Source: an uncultured Actinomycetes bacterium (GTDB taxonomy: Bacteria; Actinomycetota; UBA4738; HRBIN12). Taken from it: a stretch of 64,000 bases of DNA. Location of the stretch: contig OY969934.1 in the NCBI GenBank assembly GCA_963704725.1, positions 1,632,001 to 1,696,000 on the forward strand. Reading direction: 5' to 3'. The position numbers were made by a program, and so were the translations under genes. Positions 29,101 through 37,880 of the stretch are shown in pieces. The notes under the pieces were generated by a model that saw only the letters and a program-made list of their open reading frames with translations, was not told the origin of the DNA and searched no databases. Each line of letters begins with the position of its first letter. Position 1 is the stretch's first letter.

Positions 29101-29510
29101 CCGTCAGGATCGGCGTTCTGACCGACGGCGTCGACGACTGGCTCGTGATCGACTGGGAGGGAGTTCCGACGTACGGGACGGCCGACGCCCAATCGTTCGA
29201 GATGTGGATCCAGACGACGGCCGAGGCCATCACGTACTCGTTCGGAACCGTCACGGGCACCGGCGCGTCCGACGGGCTCACCGTCGGCGCCGAGAACCGT
29301 GACGGGTCGAGCGGCGTGAACCTCGGATCGGTGCCCGTTGCCGGCAACGAGTTCGCCATCACCGCAGGCGCACCGACGGCCGGCGGCTCCGTGACGGTCA
29401 CCTACGACGTCCTCGGACGGCGGTCGGGCACCTACGACCTGCTCGCGTCGCTCGAGACCGACATCACGCCGGGGGTGACTACAGCGGTGGCCACGGTCAG
29501 GGTCACCTGA
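26172..29510 (+). CDS. Secreted S8 subtilase with I9 propeptide, PA and Fn3-like domains
   Basis: Triad motifs IDTG, HGTH, GTSMSSPH; KPDVTAPG; signal peptide. Confidence 0.95.
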   Translation: MRRPAVRAALVAFALLVATIGLTTATAASPSFRAHGLRPAGDPIQGSKALSTRLARTDESLLGLTGSRMTPVIVKFDYDSVASYAGGVAGLRATSPSVTGRSIDSADARVAAYSRYVATRESQIVSSIRARVPNARIGTSFRMAYGGVAMQVPANRIGELLRVPGVVAVQADRLQQPQTDTTPHFLGADQVWPTLGGQNHAGENVLVGVIDTGVWPEHPSFADPGIAPIPGSFGCEFGDGTDPLLGDPFTCNDKLVGAYAFTDTYLSVFDALPGEFCDNATSTCSARDPDGHGTHTSSTAVGSPVADATLFGIDRGDISGMAPGAHLIMYRVCLEQGCFGSDSVAAVNQAILDGVQVINFSISGGANPYTDAVELAFLDAYASNILVNASAGNAGPGASTADHGGPWVNTVGASTSPRQWLTTAHLTADNGDTFDAQGASITPGIASDTPVVSAGDVAGYNDPECNDPLPAGSVTGQIVVCVGQFNRNLRVFNVLQGGGVGSLLVVPPPGPGNLFTDNFWVPTVTVNSPTPGIDLLDFVDTHTGIVAHWDTGSATPVTPDVMTSFSSRGPTGDFLKPDVTAPGIEILAGNTPEPISVFGGPPGEFFQVIAGTSMSSPHAAGVSALVRAAHPDWTPGQVKSALMTSAVTNVLKEDGVTPADPFDDGAGSIRANLAVNAGLTFDETAADYFASASDPLGRIDLNTPSVNAPLMPGVVTTTRTGLNVSGRSQHYTVQVQSPSGGTISVSPSSFTVKKDKTVTLTITINGTALAEGQYFGRITLKPQGTTVSQVTMPVAFVKTQGDVTLSNTCAAATIAVGGTTSCQVTATNLAPVSTGYDLSLVGPAKNRLQVQNVSAPGVPAGNGFTAAGTLSASVAPLITGITPTVGPAPGYLPLSLFGIAPIAGMGDETLVNFNTPAFSFGSEVYNRLAVTSDGYAVVGGGGSGDLNFIPQTFPDPNAPNNVLAPFWTDLDVSAGGAVRIGVLTDGVDDWLVIDWEGVPTYGTADAQSFEMWIQTTAEAITYSFGTVTGTGASDGLTVGAENRDGSSGVNLGSVPVAGNEFAITAGAPTAGGSVTVTYDVLGRRSGTYDLLASLETDITPGVTTAVATVRVT

Positions 29511-29534
29511 CGCTGAGTTGACATCCGCTCCACG

Positions 29535-29570
29535 CAGGGGCGGCCCCACGGATCCGTGGGGCCGCCCCTG
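29535..29570. terminator. Perfect 36-bp palindrome, likely terminator
   Basis: CAGGGGCGGCCCCACGGATCCGTGGGGCCGCCCCTG just after the S8 stop. Confidence 0.75.
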
Positions 29571-29628
29571 TCTCGTCGGGCCGCTCCGGCCACCGGATCC
29601 GGCCGGGCGGGCTGCCCTCGACGGTGCC

Positions 29629-29686
29629 TTGACACTGCCTCCGGCGCGGCGATAGCCTCCGGGAGGGGTCCGAAAAGGTTTTCGGA
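29629..29686 (+). promoter_or_regulatory. SigA-type promoter plus LacI-type operator
   Basis: TTGACA (29629-34)-18 nt-TAGCCT (29653-58); TCCGAAAA-GG-TTTTCGGA at 29669-29686. Confidence 0.8.
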
Positions 29687-29702
29687 GACGGAGGGGACTC
29701 GA

Positions 29703-30782
29703 ATCGCCACGATCCGTGAGCTCGCCGAGCAACTGGGCGTCTCGGTGGCAACCGTCTCGAGGGTGCTGAACAACTATCCGGACGTGGCCCCCGAGACCCG
29801 CCGGAAGGTGCTGGCCGCGATCAGGGAACAGGAGTTCACGCCCGATCGGGCTGCTCGGAGCCTCGTGACCGGGCGCAGTCAGGTCATCGGCGTCGTCCTG
29901 TCGACCGGCGTCGGACATCCGGATCTGCAGCATCCGTTCTTCCAGGAGGTGCTGGTGGGGCTCAAGAACTCGCTGGGGGGCCTGGGGTACGACCTCTTGC
30001 TCTTCAGCGTGCCCCCTGCCGAAAACGGTTTCGGGCCCAAGCGGTACCTGAACCGGGCGAAGCACCACCGGGTGGACGGCGTGGCGCTCATGGGCGTGGA
30101 CCGGGAGGATCCCGAGATCAAGGAGCTGGTCTCCTCGGGGCTGCCGTGCATGGCGGTGGACCTGGACCTGCAGGGCGGCCGCACCGGTCACGTCATGTCC
30201 GACAACGTGGAGGGCGGGGCGCTCGCCGTCCGGCATCTGTACGAGCGGGGGCATCGTCGGATCGCGCTGATCGGCGGGCCCGCGCACACGCGGCCGGCCG
30301 TAGACCGCCTCCTCGGCTATCGGCGGGAGCTGCAGCGCCTCGAGCTCACCTATCGACCCGAGTACGTGACCGAGGGTGACTTCTACCCCGAGTCCGGATA
30401 TGCGGCGATGACCGAGCTCCTGGATCTTCGGGAGCCGCCGACGGCCGTCTTCGCCGCGGCTGATCTCATGGCGGCGGGAGCGTTCCAGGCCATCAACGAG
30501 CGCGGGCTCTCCGCACCTCGCGACGTGGCCGTCGTCGGATTCGACGACATCCAGATCGCCCCCCTGCTTCAACCATCCCTGACGACCATCCGGCAGGACA
30601 AGGAGCGCCTCGGTGGCGCGACGGGCGAGGCGCTCGCGCGCCTCATCGAGGATCCCGCACTCGAGCCGCCCACGATCACGGTACCGATCGATCTCGTGAT
30701 TCGGGACTCGACGGCGGGACGCGGCGGGAAGGACGAGGAGGCGTCCGCGAAAGGAAGGAGGCCCAACGATGCGGGCCACTGA
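29703..30782 (+). CDS. LacI-family transcriptional regulator (apparent ATC start)
   Basis: ATIRELAEQLGVSVATVSRVLN HTH, AARSL hinge, VVGFDDI, PSLTTI; GGAGGGG RBS 6 nt before ATC. Confidence 0.92.
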   Translation: MATIRELAEQLGVSVATVSRVLNNYPDVAPETRRKVLAAIREQEFTPDRAARSLVTGRSQVIGVVLSTGVGHPDLQHPFFQEVLVGLKNSLGGLGYDLLLFSVPPAENGFGPKRYLNRAKHHRVDGVALMGVDREDPEIKELVSSGLPCMAVDLDLQGGRTGHVMSDNVEGGALAVRHLYERGHRRIALIGGPAHTRPAVDRLLGYRRELQRLELTYRPEYVTEGDFYPESGYAAMTELLDLREPPTAVFAAADLMAAGAFQAINERGLSAPRDVAVVGFDDIQIAPLLQPSLTTIRQDKERLGGATGEALARLIEDPALEPPTITVPIDLVIRDSTAGRGGKDEEASAKGRRPNDAGH

Positions 30783-30872
30783 CCGATCGCCCCCGGCCCG
30801 CGGGGGGCGCACGCGACGAGTGTCGCGGCAAGAAGGGGAGAGGACGGCAATCGTGAAGGAGGGAAAGGCACC

Positions 30873-32201
30873 ATGCGACGACTGAAGTTCATCGTGCCGA
30901 TCGCCGTGCTGTTGCTGGTGGCGGCGGCGTGTTCCAGCGACGACAACGGGGGAGGCTCGAGCGGCACCACCTCCAGCGGTGGCAACCAGGGCGAGAACAC
31001 CGGCACGGTCAACGTGCTGAACGCCATGGAGCCGGAGGAGTCGACCGCGATCCAGGCGCTCGTGGACGAGCAGCTCGGCAACGTCGACTACACGGCGGAG
31101 ATCGAGGCCTCGGCCGACTTCGAGGAGCAGTTCCAGATCCGCAGCGAGGGCGGCACGCTCGACATCGCCCTGCTGCCCCAGCCGGGCACCGTGGCCGCCC
31201 AGGCCGAGGCCGGCAACCTGGTCTCGCTCGAGGACCTGGGGTTCAACATCGCCGACCTGCAGGCCCTGTTCGGGGACTACTTCTTGTCCCTGGGCGAGTA
31301 CAACGGCAAGCACTACGGGCTGCCCACCAACATCAACCTGAAGTCCATGGTGTGGTACCCCAAGGACGACTTCGACGCCGCCGGCTACACCGTGCCCACC
31401 ACGTGGGACGAGCTGCTGGCGCTGTCGGACCAGATCGTGGCCGACGGGTCCACGCCGTGGTGCGTGGGCTTCGAGTCCGGCGGGGCCACCGGGTGGCCGG
31501 CGACCGACTGGATGGAGGACATCATGCTCCGCACGGCGGGGCCCGACGTCTACGACCAGTGGGTCAACCACGAGATCCCGTTCAACGACCCGGCCGTGGT
31601 GCACGCCGGCGAGGTCTTCGGCGACGTCATGTTCCACGACGGCTACGTGCTGGGTGGAGCCGCCGACACCACCTCGATCGCCTTCGGCGACGCTCCGCTG
31701 CCGATGTTCGACACCCCGCCGGGGTGCTGGCTGCACCGTCAGGCCAGCTTCATCAACGCCTTCTTCCCGGCCGATGCGGTGGCCGGCACCGACTACGACT
31801 GGTTCCCCCTTCCCCCCATCGACCAGGAAGGGACCCTGTTCGCCGGTGAGTTCGCCGTGGTGGGCACGAACGGGAACCGCCCGGAGGTCACGGACTTCCT
31901 GAACCAGTTCATGGCCGAGGGCATCCAGTGCGCCATCGGAGGGGTGACGGCGTCCTCCCGCATCTCGCCCAACATCAACGTCGGCCCGGAGTGCTACGCC
32001 AACTCCATCCTGGCCGACGCCTCCGCGGTGCTCACCAACGCCCTGTCCACCGGGACCGGACGCTTCGACGCCTCGGACATGATGCCGGCCGAGGTGGGCG
32101 TGGGCAGCTTCTGGACCGGGATGGTCAAGTACCTGCAGGACGGTCCGGACTCCCTGCAGGGCGTGCTCGACGACATCGAGGCGAGCTGGCCCGCATCGTA
32201 G
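30873..32201 (+). CDS. ABC sugar-binding lipoprotein (alpha-glucoside AglE-like)
   Basis: Lipobox AAAC; KSMVWY, PWCVGFESGGATGWPATDWMEDIMLR, RFDASDMMP. Confidence 0.9.
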   Translation: MRRLKFIVPIAVLLLVAAACSSDDNGGGSSGTTSSGGNQGENTGTVNVLNAMEPEESTAIQALVDEQLGNVDYTAEIEASADFEEQFQIRSEGGTLDIALLPQPGTVAAQAEAGNLVSLEDLGFNIADLQALFGDYFLSLGEYNGKHYGLPTNINLKSMVWYPKDDFDAAGYTVPTTWDELLALSDQIVADGSTPWCVGFESGGATGWPATDWMEDIMLRTAGPDVYDQWVNHEIPFNDPAVVHAGEVFGDVMFHDGYVLGGAADTTSIAFGDAPLPMFDTPPGCWLHRQASFINAFFPADAVAGTDYDWFPLPPIDQEGTLFAGEFAVVGTNGNRPEVTDFLNQFMAEGIQCAIGGVTASSRISPNINVGPECYANSILADASAVLTNALSTGTGRFDASDMMPAEVGVGSFWTGMVKYLQDGPDSLQGVLDDIEASWPAS

Positions 32202-32225
32202 AGGGACCACGAAGCACCTGATGCA

Positions 32226-32260
32226 CGAGGGGAGCGGCCGCCCGGCGGCCGCTCCCCTCG
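32226..32260. terminator. Inverted repeat between convergent genes (terminator)
   Basis: 17-bp perfect arms CGAGGGGAGCGGCCGCC/GGCGGCCGCTCCCCTCG followed by GTTT. Confidence 0.8.
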
Positions 32261-32273
32261 GTTTGCGCGAAGG

Positions 32274-32741
32274 TCAGCCCAGGAATCCGAGCACGGTCCT
32301 GACGGCCATCGTGCCGAGGGCGAGGACCAGGCCGCTGATGGCGAGGGCTCCCATGACCAGCCACGCGGCGAGCTTCAGCACGGCGACGGCGACCGGTGGC
32401 CGATCGTCGTCGAGGGTGACCCGCAGCGGTACCGCCTCGCCGTCACCCGGCACCGAGCTCAACGCACGGGCCGTGAGACCGAGCCCCTCGCGCGCGGCCC
32501 GCAAACGGGGCGCGGCGTGGCGGGGGTCCGATCGCTCGGGGCGGATGAGGAGCCGGCGGAGGAGGTCGCGCAGTAGGGACACCGGCCGGACGTCGAGGGT
32601 GTAGGGCACGATGGCGCCGCCCAGAGAGAAGGCCGCGAGGCGCGGCGACGGCGGCCTGCGGACCAGGGATCGCAGCTGCGCCTCGGCTCGCACGAACCCC
32701 GCGCCCACGGTCAGAGCGAGCACCCCCAGGGAGTCCCACAT
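32274..32741 (-). CDS. Hypothetical protein with C-terminal TM segment
   Basis: Fills the gap between terminator and MOSC gene; hydrophobic C-terminus. Confidence 0.5.
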   Translation of the reverse strand: MWDSLGVLALTVGAGFVRAEAQLRSLVRRPPSPRLAAFSLGGAIVPYTLDVRPVSLLRDLLRRLLIRPERSDPRHAAPRLRAAREGLGLTARALSSVPGDGEAVPLRVTLDDDRPPVAVAVLKLAAWLVMGALAISGLVLALGTMAVRTVLGFLG

Positions 32742-32780
32742 GTGGCTCCGTCGGTACCCGGGGGGTGTGGCGGGGAAACG

Positions 32781-33551
32781 TCAGAGGAGCTGAACGGGAT
32801 CGCCGACGTGGAGCGTACCGGGCCGGGTGACGTTGGCGTACCTGCCGAAGTGCACGTTCCCTTTGCCCGAGACGCCGCGATAGCCCTTGATGACGTGGAG
32901 CGTGGGGAAGTCCTTCAGGCCCGTGTCGGGGTCGAGCGTGGTCACCACGCACCGTGGCACGGCGTCCCCCACCACCAGCTCGGCCTGACCGATCCGGATC
33001 CGCCGCGACACCCAGCGATCCTCCTCGTGCGGCTCGCTCACGCCCTCGATCTCGATCGTCATGCGAAATCGGGCGGGGGAGAGCTCCCCGTCGTGGCCGC
33101 CGCGGCGCGCGAGCTCGGCCACCGATTCGAGGGAGACCAGCGTCACGGGCTGTTCGTCGAGCGCGGCGCCCTCGTGGTCGGGGCGCGCCAGCAGGACCTC
33201 CCGTCCGGCGTAAGTGGAGAGCGCCTCGGTGAAGTCGCCCTCGACCAGGTGGGCGGGGACGGACCGGCCGTAGAAATCCACGTCGAGCGCCCGTCCGCCC
33301 GCCACGGCGGTGCCGGAGGCCACGATACCGTTCGGCAGACGAAGCTCGAGCCACTCCCGCTCGGCGTCGTAGGACGCGCGCACCGGCAGGACGGGGGCCT
33401 TCGTCGCGCCCGAGAACCGCCGGCCGTCGCCGTCGACGAAGAAGAAGGCGCGATCGCCGACGACCCCGCGGTGCTCGAGCCGGATCTCGGACGGGTGGTG
33501 CAGAGACGTCGACTTCACCGGCGTGACGTTGAACCTCGCGACCGTGGGCAC
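32781..33551 (-). CDS. MOSC domain-containing protein
   Basis: TPVKS, GDRAF, RFRMTIEIEG..PHEEDRW, RCVVTTLDPDTG, FGRYA. Confidence 0.93.
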   Translation of the reverse strand: MPTVARFNVTPVKSTSLHHPSEIRLEHRGVVGDRAFFFVDGDGRRFSGATKAPVLPVRASYDAEREWLELRLPNGIVASGTAVAGGRALDVDFYGRSVPAHLVEGDFTEALSTYAGREVLLARPDHEGAALDEQPVTLVSLESVAELARRGGHDGELSPARFRMTIEIEGVSEPHEEDRWVSRRIRIGQAELVVGDAVPRCVVTTLDPDTGLKDFPTLHVIKGYRGVSGKGNVHFGRYANVTRPGTLHVGDPVQLL

Positions 33552-33847
33552 GGCCCCACGCTATCAGCGCGGCCATTGACGACGAGCGTACGGCGAGGCC
33601 AGGGAGGCGCTCCTGCAGGCGTGTGCCGCGCTGGTCAGGGCGGCGGATCGCGCCCGCCGGGCACGGGAGCTCCTGTGGGCGGAGGCCCGAGGGCTGCACG
33701 CCCGAGGCGGCGACCCCGGGCCGATGCCGTTCCTCCTTGCGCAGACCGAGGAGGGCAGGAGCCTGCTCGCCGAGGCCAAGGCCCGGCTCCGCGGGCTGCT
33801 GTAGCGTTCGGCGGACCGCTCGAAGGCCCGTGGTAGCGTCAGGGGCG

Positions 33848-34318
33848 ATGGTCCTTGCGCTGCACCCCGACCTCGCGGAGCTCTCCTTCCTCATCGGAAC
33901 ATGGCGTGGCGTCGGCGAGGGCGAGTGGCCTCCGGGCGATCTCTTCTCGTATGCGGAGGAAGTGACGTTCGAGCACGCCGGCGATCCCTTCCTCATCTAC
34001 GGGCAGCGGAGCTGGTCGCCGGGCGACGGGGGACCGATCCACTTCGAGCGGGGGTTCCTCCGCCCCGCCGGGCCCGGCCGCGCCGAGCTCGTGCTGGCCC
34101 ACCCCCTCGGCATCGTCGAGGTCGCCGAGGGGACCGTCCAGGGCGGCGTCGTCGAGGTGGCCACGACCTCGGTGGCCCTCACCGCCACGGCCCCGGACGT
34201 CACCGGGCTCTCGCGCAGGATCGAGGCCGGAGACGGCGAGCTTCGCTACGAGCTCCACATGGCGACACGCGACGTCGCGTCGTTCTCGCACATCCGGTCG
34301 CGCCTCGCGAGGGTGTGA
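33848..34318 (+). CDS. FABP-like / nitrobindin (DUF1794) beta-barrel protein
   Basis: LSFLIGTWRGVGEG, HFERGFLR, LAHPLG, C-terminal His (SHIRSRL). Confidence 0.88.
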   Translation: MVLALHPDLAELSFLIGTWRGVGEGEWPPGDLFSYAEEVTFEHAGDPFLIYGQRSWSPGDGGPIHFERGFLRPAGPGRAELVLAHPLGIVEVAEGTVQGGVVEVATTSVALTATAPDVTGLSRRIEAGDGELRYELHMATRDVASFSHIRSRLARV

Positions 34319-34322
34319 CGCC

Positions 34323-36647
34323 GTGACCCGGCCCCGCTGGCTCACGCTCAGCTCGGTCTTCCTCGTCGCCTCGATCGCCGGCATCGTGACCGGCGGGATC
34401 CTGCGGTGGGTGGGGGACGCTCACGACGCGGCGGACGCGGCCTGGGGGGTCACCACGGCGGTCGGGATCCTCCCGATCGGCTGGGAGGTGCTCCGAGGCA
34501 TCATCCGGCGCGAGCCGGGGGTGGATCTGATCGCCGTCCTCGCGATGATCGGCGCGCTCGTGTTCGGAGAGTACCTGGCGGGGGCGGTCATCGCGTTCAT
34601 GCTCTCGACGGGCCGTTCGCTGGAGGACTTCGCCGACGCCCGCGCCCACAAGGAGCTCTCGGCCCTCCTCGCCCGGGCGCCCCGGACGGCGCACCGGTAC
34701 GCGGGGGAGGAGCTCGAGTCGGTGCCGATCGAGCGGGTCGTCCCGGGGGACATGCTGCTCGTCAAGCGGGGCGAAGTGGTCCCCGTGGACGGGATCCTCG
34801 AGACCGACAGCGCGGTGTTCGACGAGTCGGCCCTCACCGGCGAGTCGCGGCCGGTGGAACGCCCCCGCGGCGAGCAGATCCGAAGCGGCGCCGTCAACGC
34901 GGGAGCCGGGTTCGACCTGCGCGCGGTCGCCACGGCGGCGGACAGCACGTACGCGGGCATCGTCCGCTTGGTGGAGGAGGCCCAGCGGGAGAAGGCGCCG
35001 TTCGTCCGCATCGCCGATCGCTACGCGCTGGTCTTCATCCCCGTGACGCTCGTGATCGCCGGCGCCGCCTGGGCGCTCTCGGGGGAGTCGGTACGCGCCC
35101 TGGCCGTGCTGGTCGTCGCCACGCCGTGCCCGCTGATCCTGGCCGCCCCGATCGCGATCGTCGCCGGGATCTCCCGCGCCGCCAAGCGAGGGATCATCGT
35201 GAAGGGCGGGGGGGCGCTCGAGACGCTCGCCCGAGGACGGGTCCTGCTCCTCGACAAGACGGGAACGCTCACGGCGGGGGCCCCCGAGCTCAGCGACATC
35301 GAGGTCTACGGCGACCACGATCCGGGGGAGGTCCTGCGGCTCGCCGCCTCGCTCGATCAGGTCTCGCCGCACGTCCTGGCCGGGGCGATCGTCGGCGCGG
35401 CGCGCGCCCGCGACCTCGCGCTGTCGTTCCCGGAGGAGGCGTTCGAGGAGGGCGGATCCGGGATCCACGGCTCGGTCGAGGGGCGCAAGGTGGCGATCGG
35501 CAAGGCCTCGTGGGTGTCGCGGGGCCAGCCCCTGCCCGAGCGGGCCCGCGACATCCGCCGGCGCACGGCGATGGAGGGTTCCTCGTGTGTGTTCGTCTCG
35601 ATCGACGGCTCGATCGCCGGGGCGCTGATCCTGGACGATCCGATGCGCCCGGACACGCCGAGGGTGATCCGTGCGCTCCGCCGAGCCGGCATCAAGCGCG
35701 TCGTGATGGTCACGGGCGACAACCCGGACGTCGCCGAGTCCGTCGGCATCGCGATCGGCGTCGACCGGATCCTGTCCGAGCGGGATCCGACCGACAAGGT
35801 CGACGCGGTCCGGGCGGAGGGGGAGAGCGGCGTGACGATCATGGTCGGGGACGGCGTGAACGACGCTCCGGCCCTGGCGGCGGCCGACGTCGGCGTAGCG
35901 ATGGGCGCTCGCGGGGCCACCGCCTCGAGCGAGGCGGCGGACGTCGTGCTCGTCGTCGACCGGCTCGACCGCGTGGTGGAGGCGCTGCGCATCTCGCGGC
36001 GCTCGCGAGGCATCGCCCTGCAGAGCGTGCTCATCGGCATGGGGCTGTCGATCGCCGGGATGCTCCTCGGCGCGGCCGGCCTGCTCAAGCCGGTCAACGG
36101 AGCGCTCGCGCAGGAGGCGATCGACGTCGCGGTGATCCTCAACGCCCTGCGGGCGCTCCGCGGGGACCGGCGGAGCAGACAGGCGGCGGGACCCGGCTCG
36201 CACGTCGGCGATCGCTTCCGTGCCGAGCACCGGGAGTTCGCCCCCGACCTCGCGCGCGTGCGCACCGTCGCCGACCGCCTCGGCGCGCTGTCGCCCGCCG
36301 AGGCCAAGGTGGAGCTCGAGGAGATCCGGTGGTTCCTGCTCGAACGCCTCCCGCAACACGAGAAGGAGGAGGAGGCGGCCGTGTACCCGGTCATCGCCGA
36401 GCTCATCGGCGGCGAGGACCCGATGGGGTCCATGGAGCGGGCGCACATGGAGATCGAGCATCTGGCCCGCGTGTACGGCCACCTGCTGGCCAACCTGCCC
36501 GACGAGGGTCCGGGGCACGAGGACCTCGTCGACCTCCGCCGCGTCCTGTATGGATTGCACGCGATCCTCCGCCTGCATTTCTCGCAGGAGGAGGAGGCCT
36601 ACTCGTGGCTCGCGAGCGACGAGGTGCTGGAGGACGCGGCGGTCTGA
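34323..36647 (+). CDS. P1B-5 heavy-metal P-type ATPase with C-terminal hemerythrin domain
   Basis: TGES, TPCP, DKTGT, GDGVNDAP, QEAID; C-terminal H, HEKEEE, H and HFSQEEE hemerythrin ligand pattern. Confidence 0.93.
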   Translation: MTRPRWLTLSSVFLVASIAGIVTGGILRWVGDAHDAADAAWGVTTAVGILPIGWEVLRGIIRREPGVDLIAVLAMIGALVFGEYLAGAVIAFMLSTGRSLEDFADARAHKELSALLARAPRTAHRYAGEELESVPIERVVPGDMLLVKRGEVVPVDGILETDSAVFDESALTGESRPVERPRGEQIRSGAVNAGAGFDLRAVATAADSTYAGIVRLVEEAQREKAPFVRIADRYALVFIPVTLVIAGAAWALSGESVRALAVLVVATPCPLILAAPIAIVAGISRAAKRGIIVKGGGALETLARGRVLLLDKTGTLTAGAPELSDIEVYGDHDPGEVLRLAASLDQVSPHVLAGAIVGAARARDLALSFPEEAFEEGGSGIHGSVEGRKVAIGKASWVSRGQPLPERARDIRRRTAMEGSSCVFVSIDGSIAGALILDDPMRPDTPRVIRALRRAGIKRVVMVTGDNPDVAESVGIAIGVDRILSERDPTDKVDAVRAEGESGVTIMVGDGVNDAPALAAADVGVAMGARGATASSEAADVVLVVDRLDRVVEALRISRRSRGIALQSVLIGMGLSIAGMLLGAAGLLKPVNGALAQEAIDVAVILNALRALRGDRRSRQAAGPGSHVGDRFRAEHREFAPDLARVRTVADRLGALSPAEAKVELEEIRWFLLERLPQHEKEEEAAVYPVIAELIGGEDPMGSMERAHMEIEHLARVYGHLLANLPDEGPGHEDLVDLRRVLYGLHAILRLHFSQEEEAYSWLASDEVLEDAAV

Positions 36648-36725
36648 GCGCCGAGGTGCGCATGCGGCGGGGGGCCGGTTGCCGCGCCCCGCCGTTCCGC
36701 TCGAACCGGAGGTCCCGGCGGCGAG

Positions 36726-37871
36726 CTACGTGGGCTCGCCGGACCGGGAGCTCCAGGGAAGCCATACGCCGAACGAGGTGCCCTGGGAACCTCGGTCTTC
36801 GACGTCGGCGCTGCCCCCGTGGAGCTCGGCGAATCGCGCGGCGATGGCCAGACCGATCCCGGACGTAGCGGTGCGCCCGAGCCCTTCTTGGCCGAACGGC
36901 CCGAACACGCCATGTTGGCGGTCCGAGGGGACCCGGGGGCCGTCGTCCTCGACCTCGATCCGCGCCCCGTCCCGATGCGTCCGTACGCGGACCCTGATGG
37001 TCGCGGAGGACGGCGATCGGCGTGCGGCGTTCTCCAGCAGATTCTCGACGATCCGCTCGACCTGTGCGACGTCGGCCTCGACATCGACGTGTTCGGCCTC
37101 GACCACGACCTCGTACTTCGCGAGCGAATCGGCGTCTCGGACGATCCTCGCCACGACGGAGCCGAGGTCGACCAGGACGCGGGTCGGCTCGACCCCGCCC
37201 CGGGACAGGCGGTCGAGGTCGAGGAGGTCCGTGACCATGCGGTCCAGCCGGCGGGCGTTGTCGGCGATCCGCCCGGCGAGGTCGCTCGCGTCGGTCGGAG
37301 CGAGGGCGTGATGCTCCAACGTCACCGCGAGGCCGAGGATCGCGGCGAGGGGTGTCCTCAGGTCGTGCGAGACGGCGGCGAGCAGACCCCCGGCGCCGGT
37401 CTCGGAGGGCGTCCGCGCGCCGGCGGCGGTGACGTCGCCCCCTGCACCGGCCGGCCGTTCCGCGTCCGGGTCGCGCCGGGAGATGTCGACGAGCACGCCG
37501 CGGACGGCGACCGGCGAGCCCCGATCGTCGACGACGGCGTGGCCGATGCCCCGGAGACGGACCACCTCACCGTCGCCACGCCGGAACCGGTACTCGAGGT
37601 CGTGCGTGCCGGGCCCGCTCGTCTCGGCCAGGAGCGACGTCAGCACCGCGTCGCGATCGTCCGGATGGACGCGGTCCGCCCACAGGTCGGGGTCGTCCAG
37701 GAACGCCTGCGGCGGGTAGCCGAGGAGACGGCTGGACGCGTCGCTCACGAACACGAAGCGTCCGGTGGTCGCGTCGACCTCCCAGATCACGGCGTCGACG
37801 TCGTTCACGAGCGCCCGGAGCCGGCGGAGGTCGCTCCCGGGACCCACCGTCGTTGCCGTGTGGCGCGTCAC
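36726..37871 (-). CDS. PAS-domain sensor histidine kinase
   Basis: PAS/PAC (VHPDDR, LVDIS), H-box SHDLRTPL, N-box ENLLENA, DDGP, GIGLAI. Confidence 0.9.
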   Translation of the reverse strand: MTRHTATTVGPGSDLRRLRALVNDVDAVIWEVDATTGRFVFVSDASSRLLGYPPQAFLDDPDLWADRVHPDDRDAVLTSLLAETSGPGTHDLEYRFRRGDGEVVRLRGIGHAVVDDRGSPVAVRGVLVDISRRDPDAERPAGAGGDVTAAGARTPSETGAGGLLAAVSHDLRTPLAAILGLAVTLEHHALAPTDASDLAGRIADNARRLDRMVTDLLDLDRLSRGGVEPTRVLVDLGSVVARIVRDADSLAKYEVVVEAEHVDVEADVAQVERIVENLLENAARRSPSSATIRVRVRTHRDGARIEVEDDGPRVPSDRQHGVFGPFGQEGLGRTATSGIGLAIAARFAELHGGSADVEDRGSQGTSFGVWLPWSSRSGEPT

Positions 37872-37880
37872 GAGCGCATG

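Noticed and set aside
26079-32210. 2043-aa minus-strand ORF (and similar 1664-aa, 1315-aa, 1001-aa, 958-aa ORFs elsewhere)
   Set aside because: Antisense or off-frame shadows of well-supported genes. High GC3 suppresses stops, and the translations show no domain motifs.
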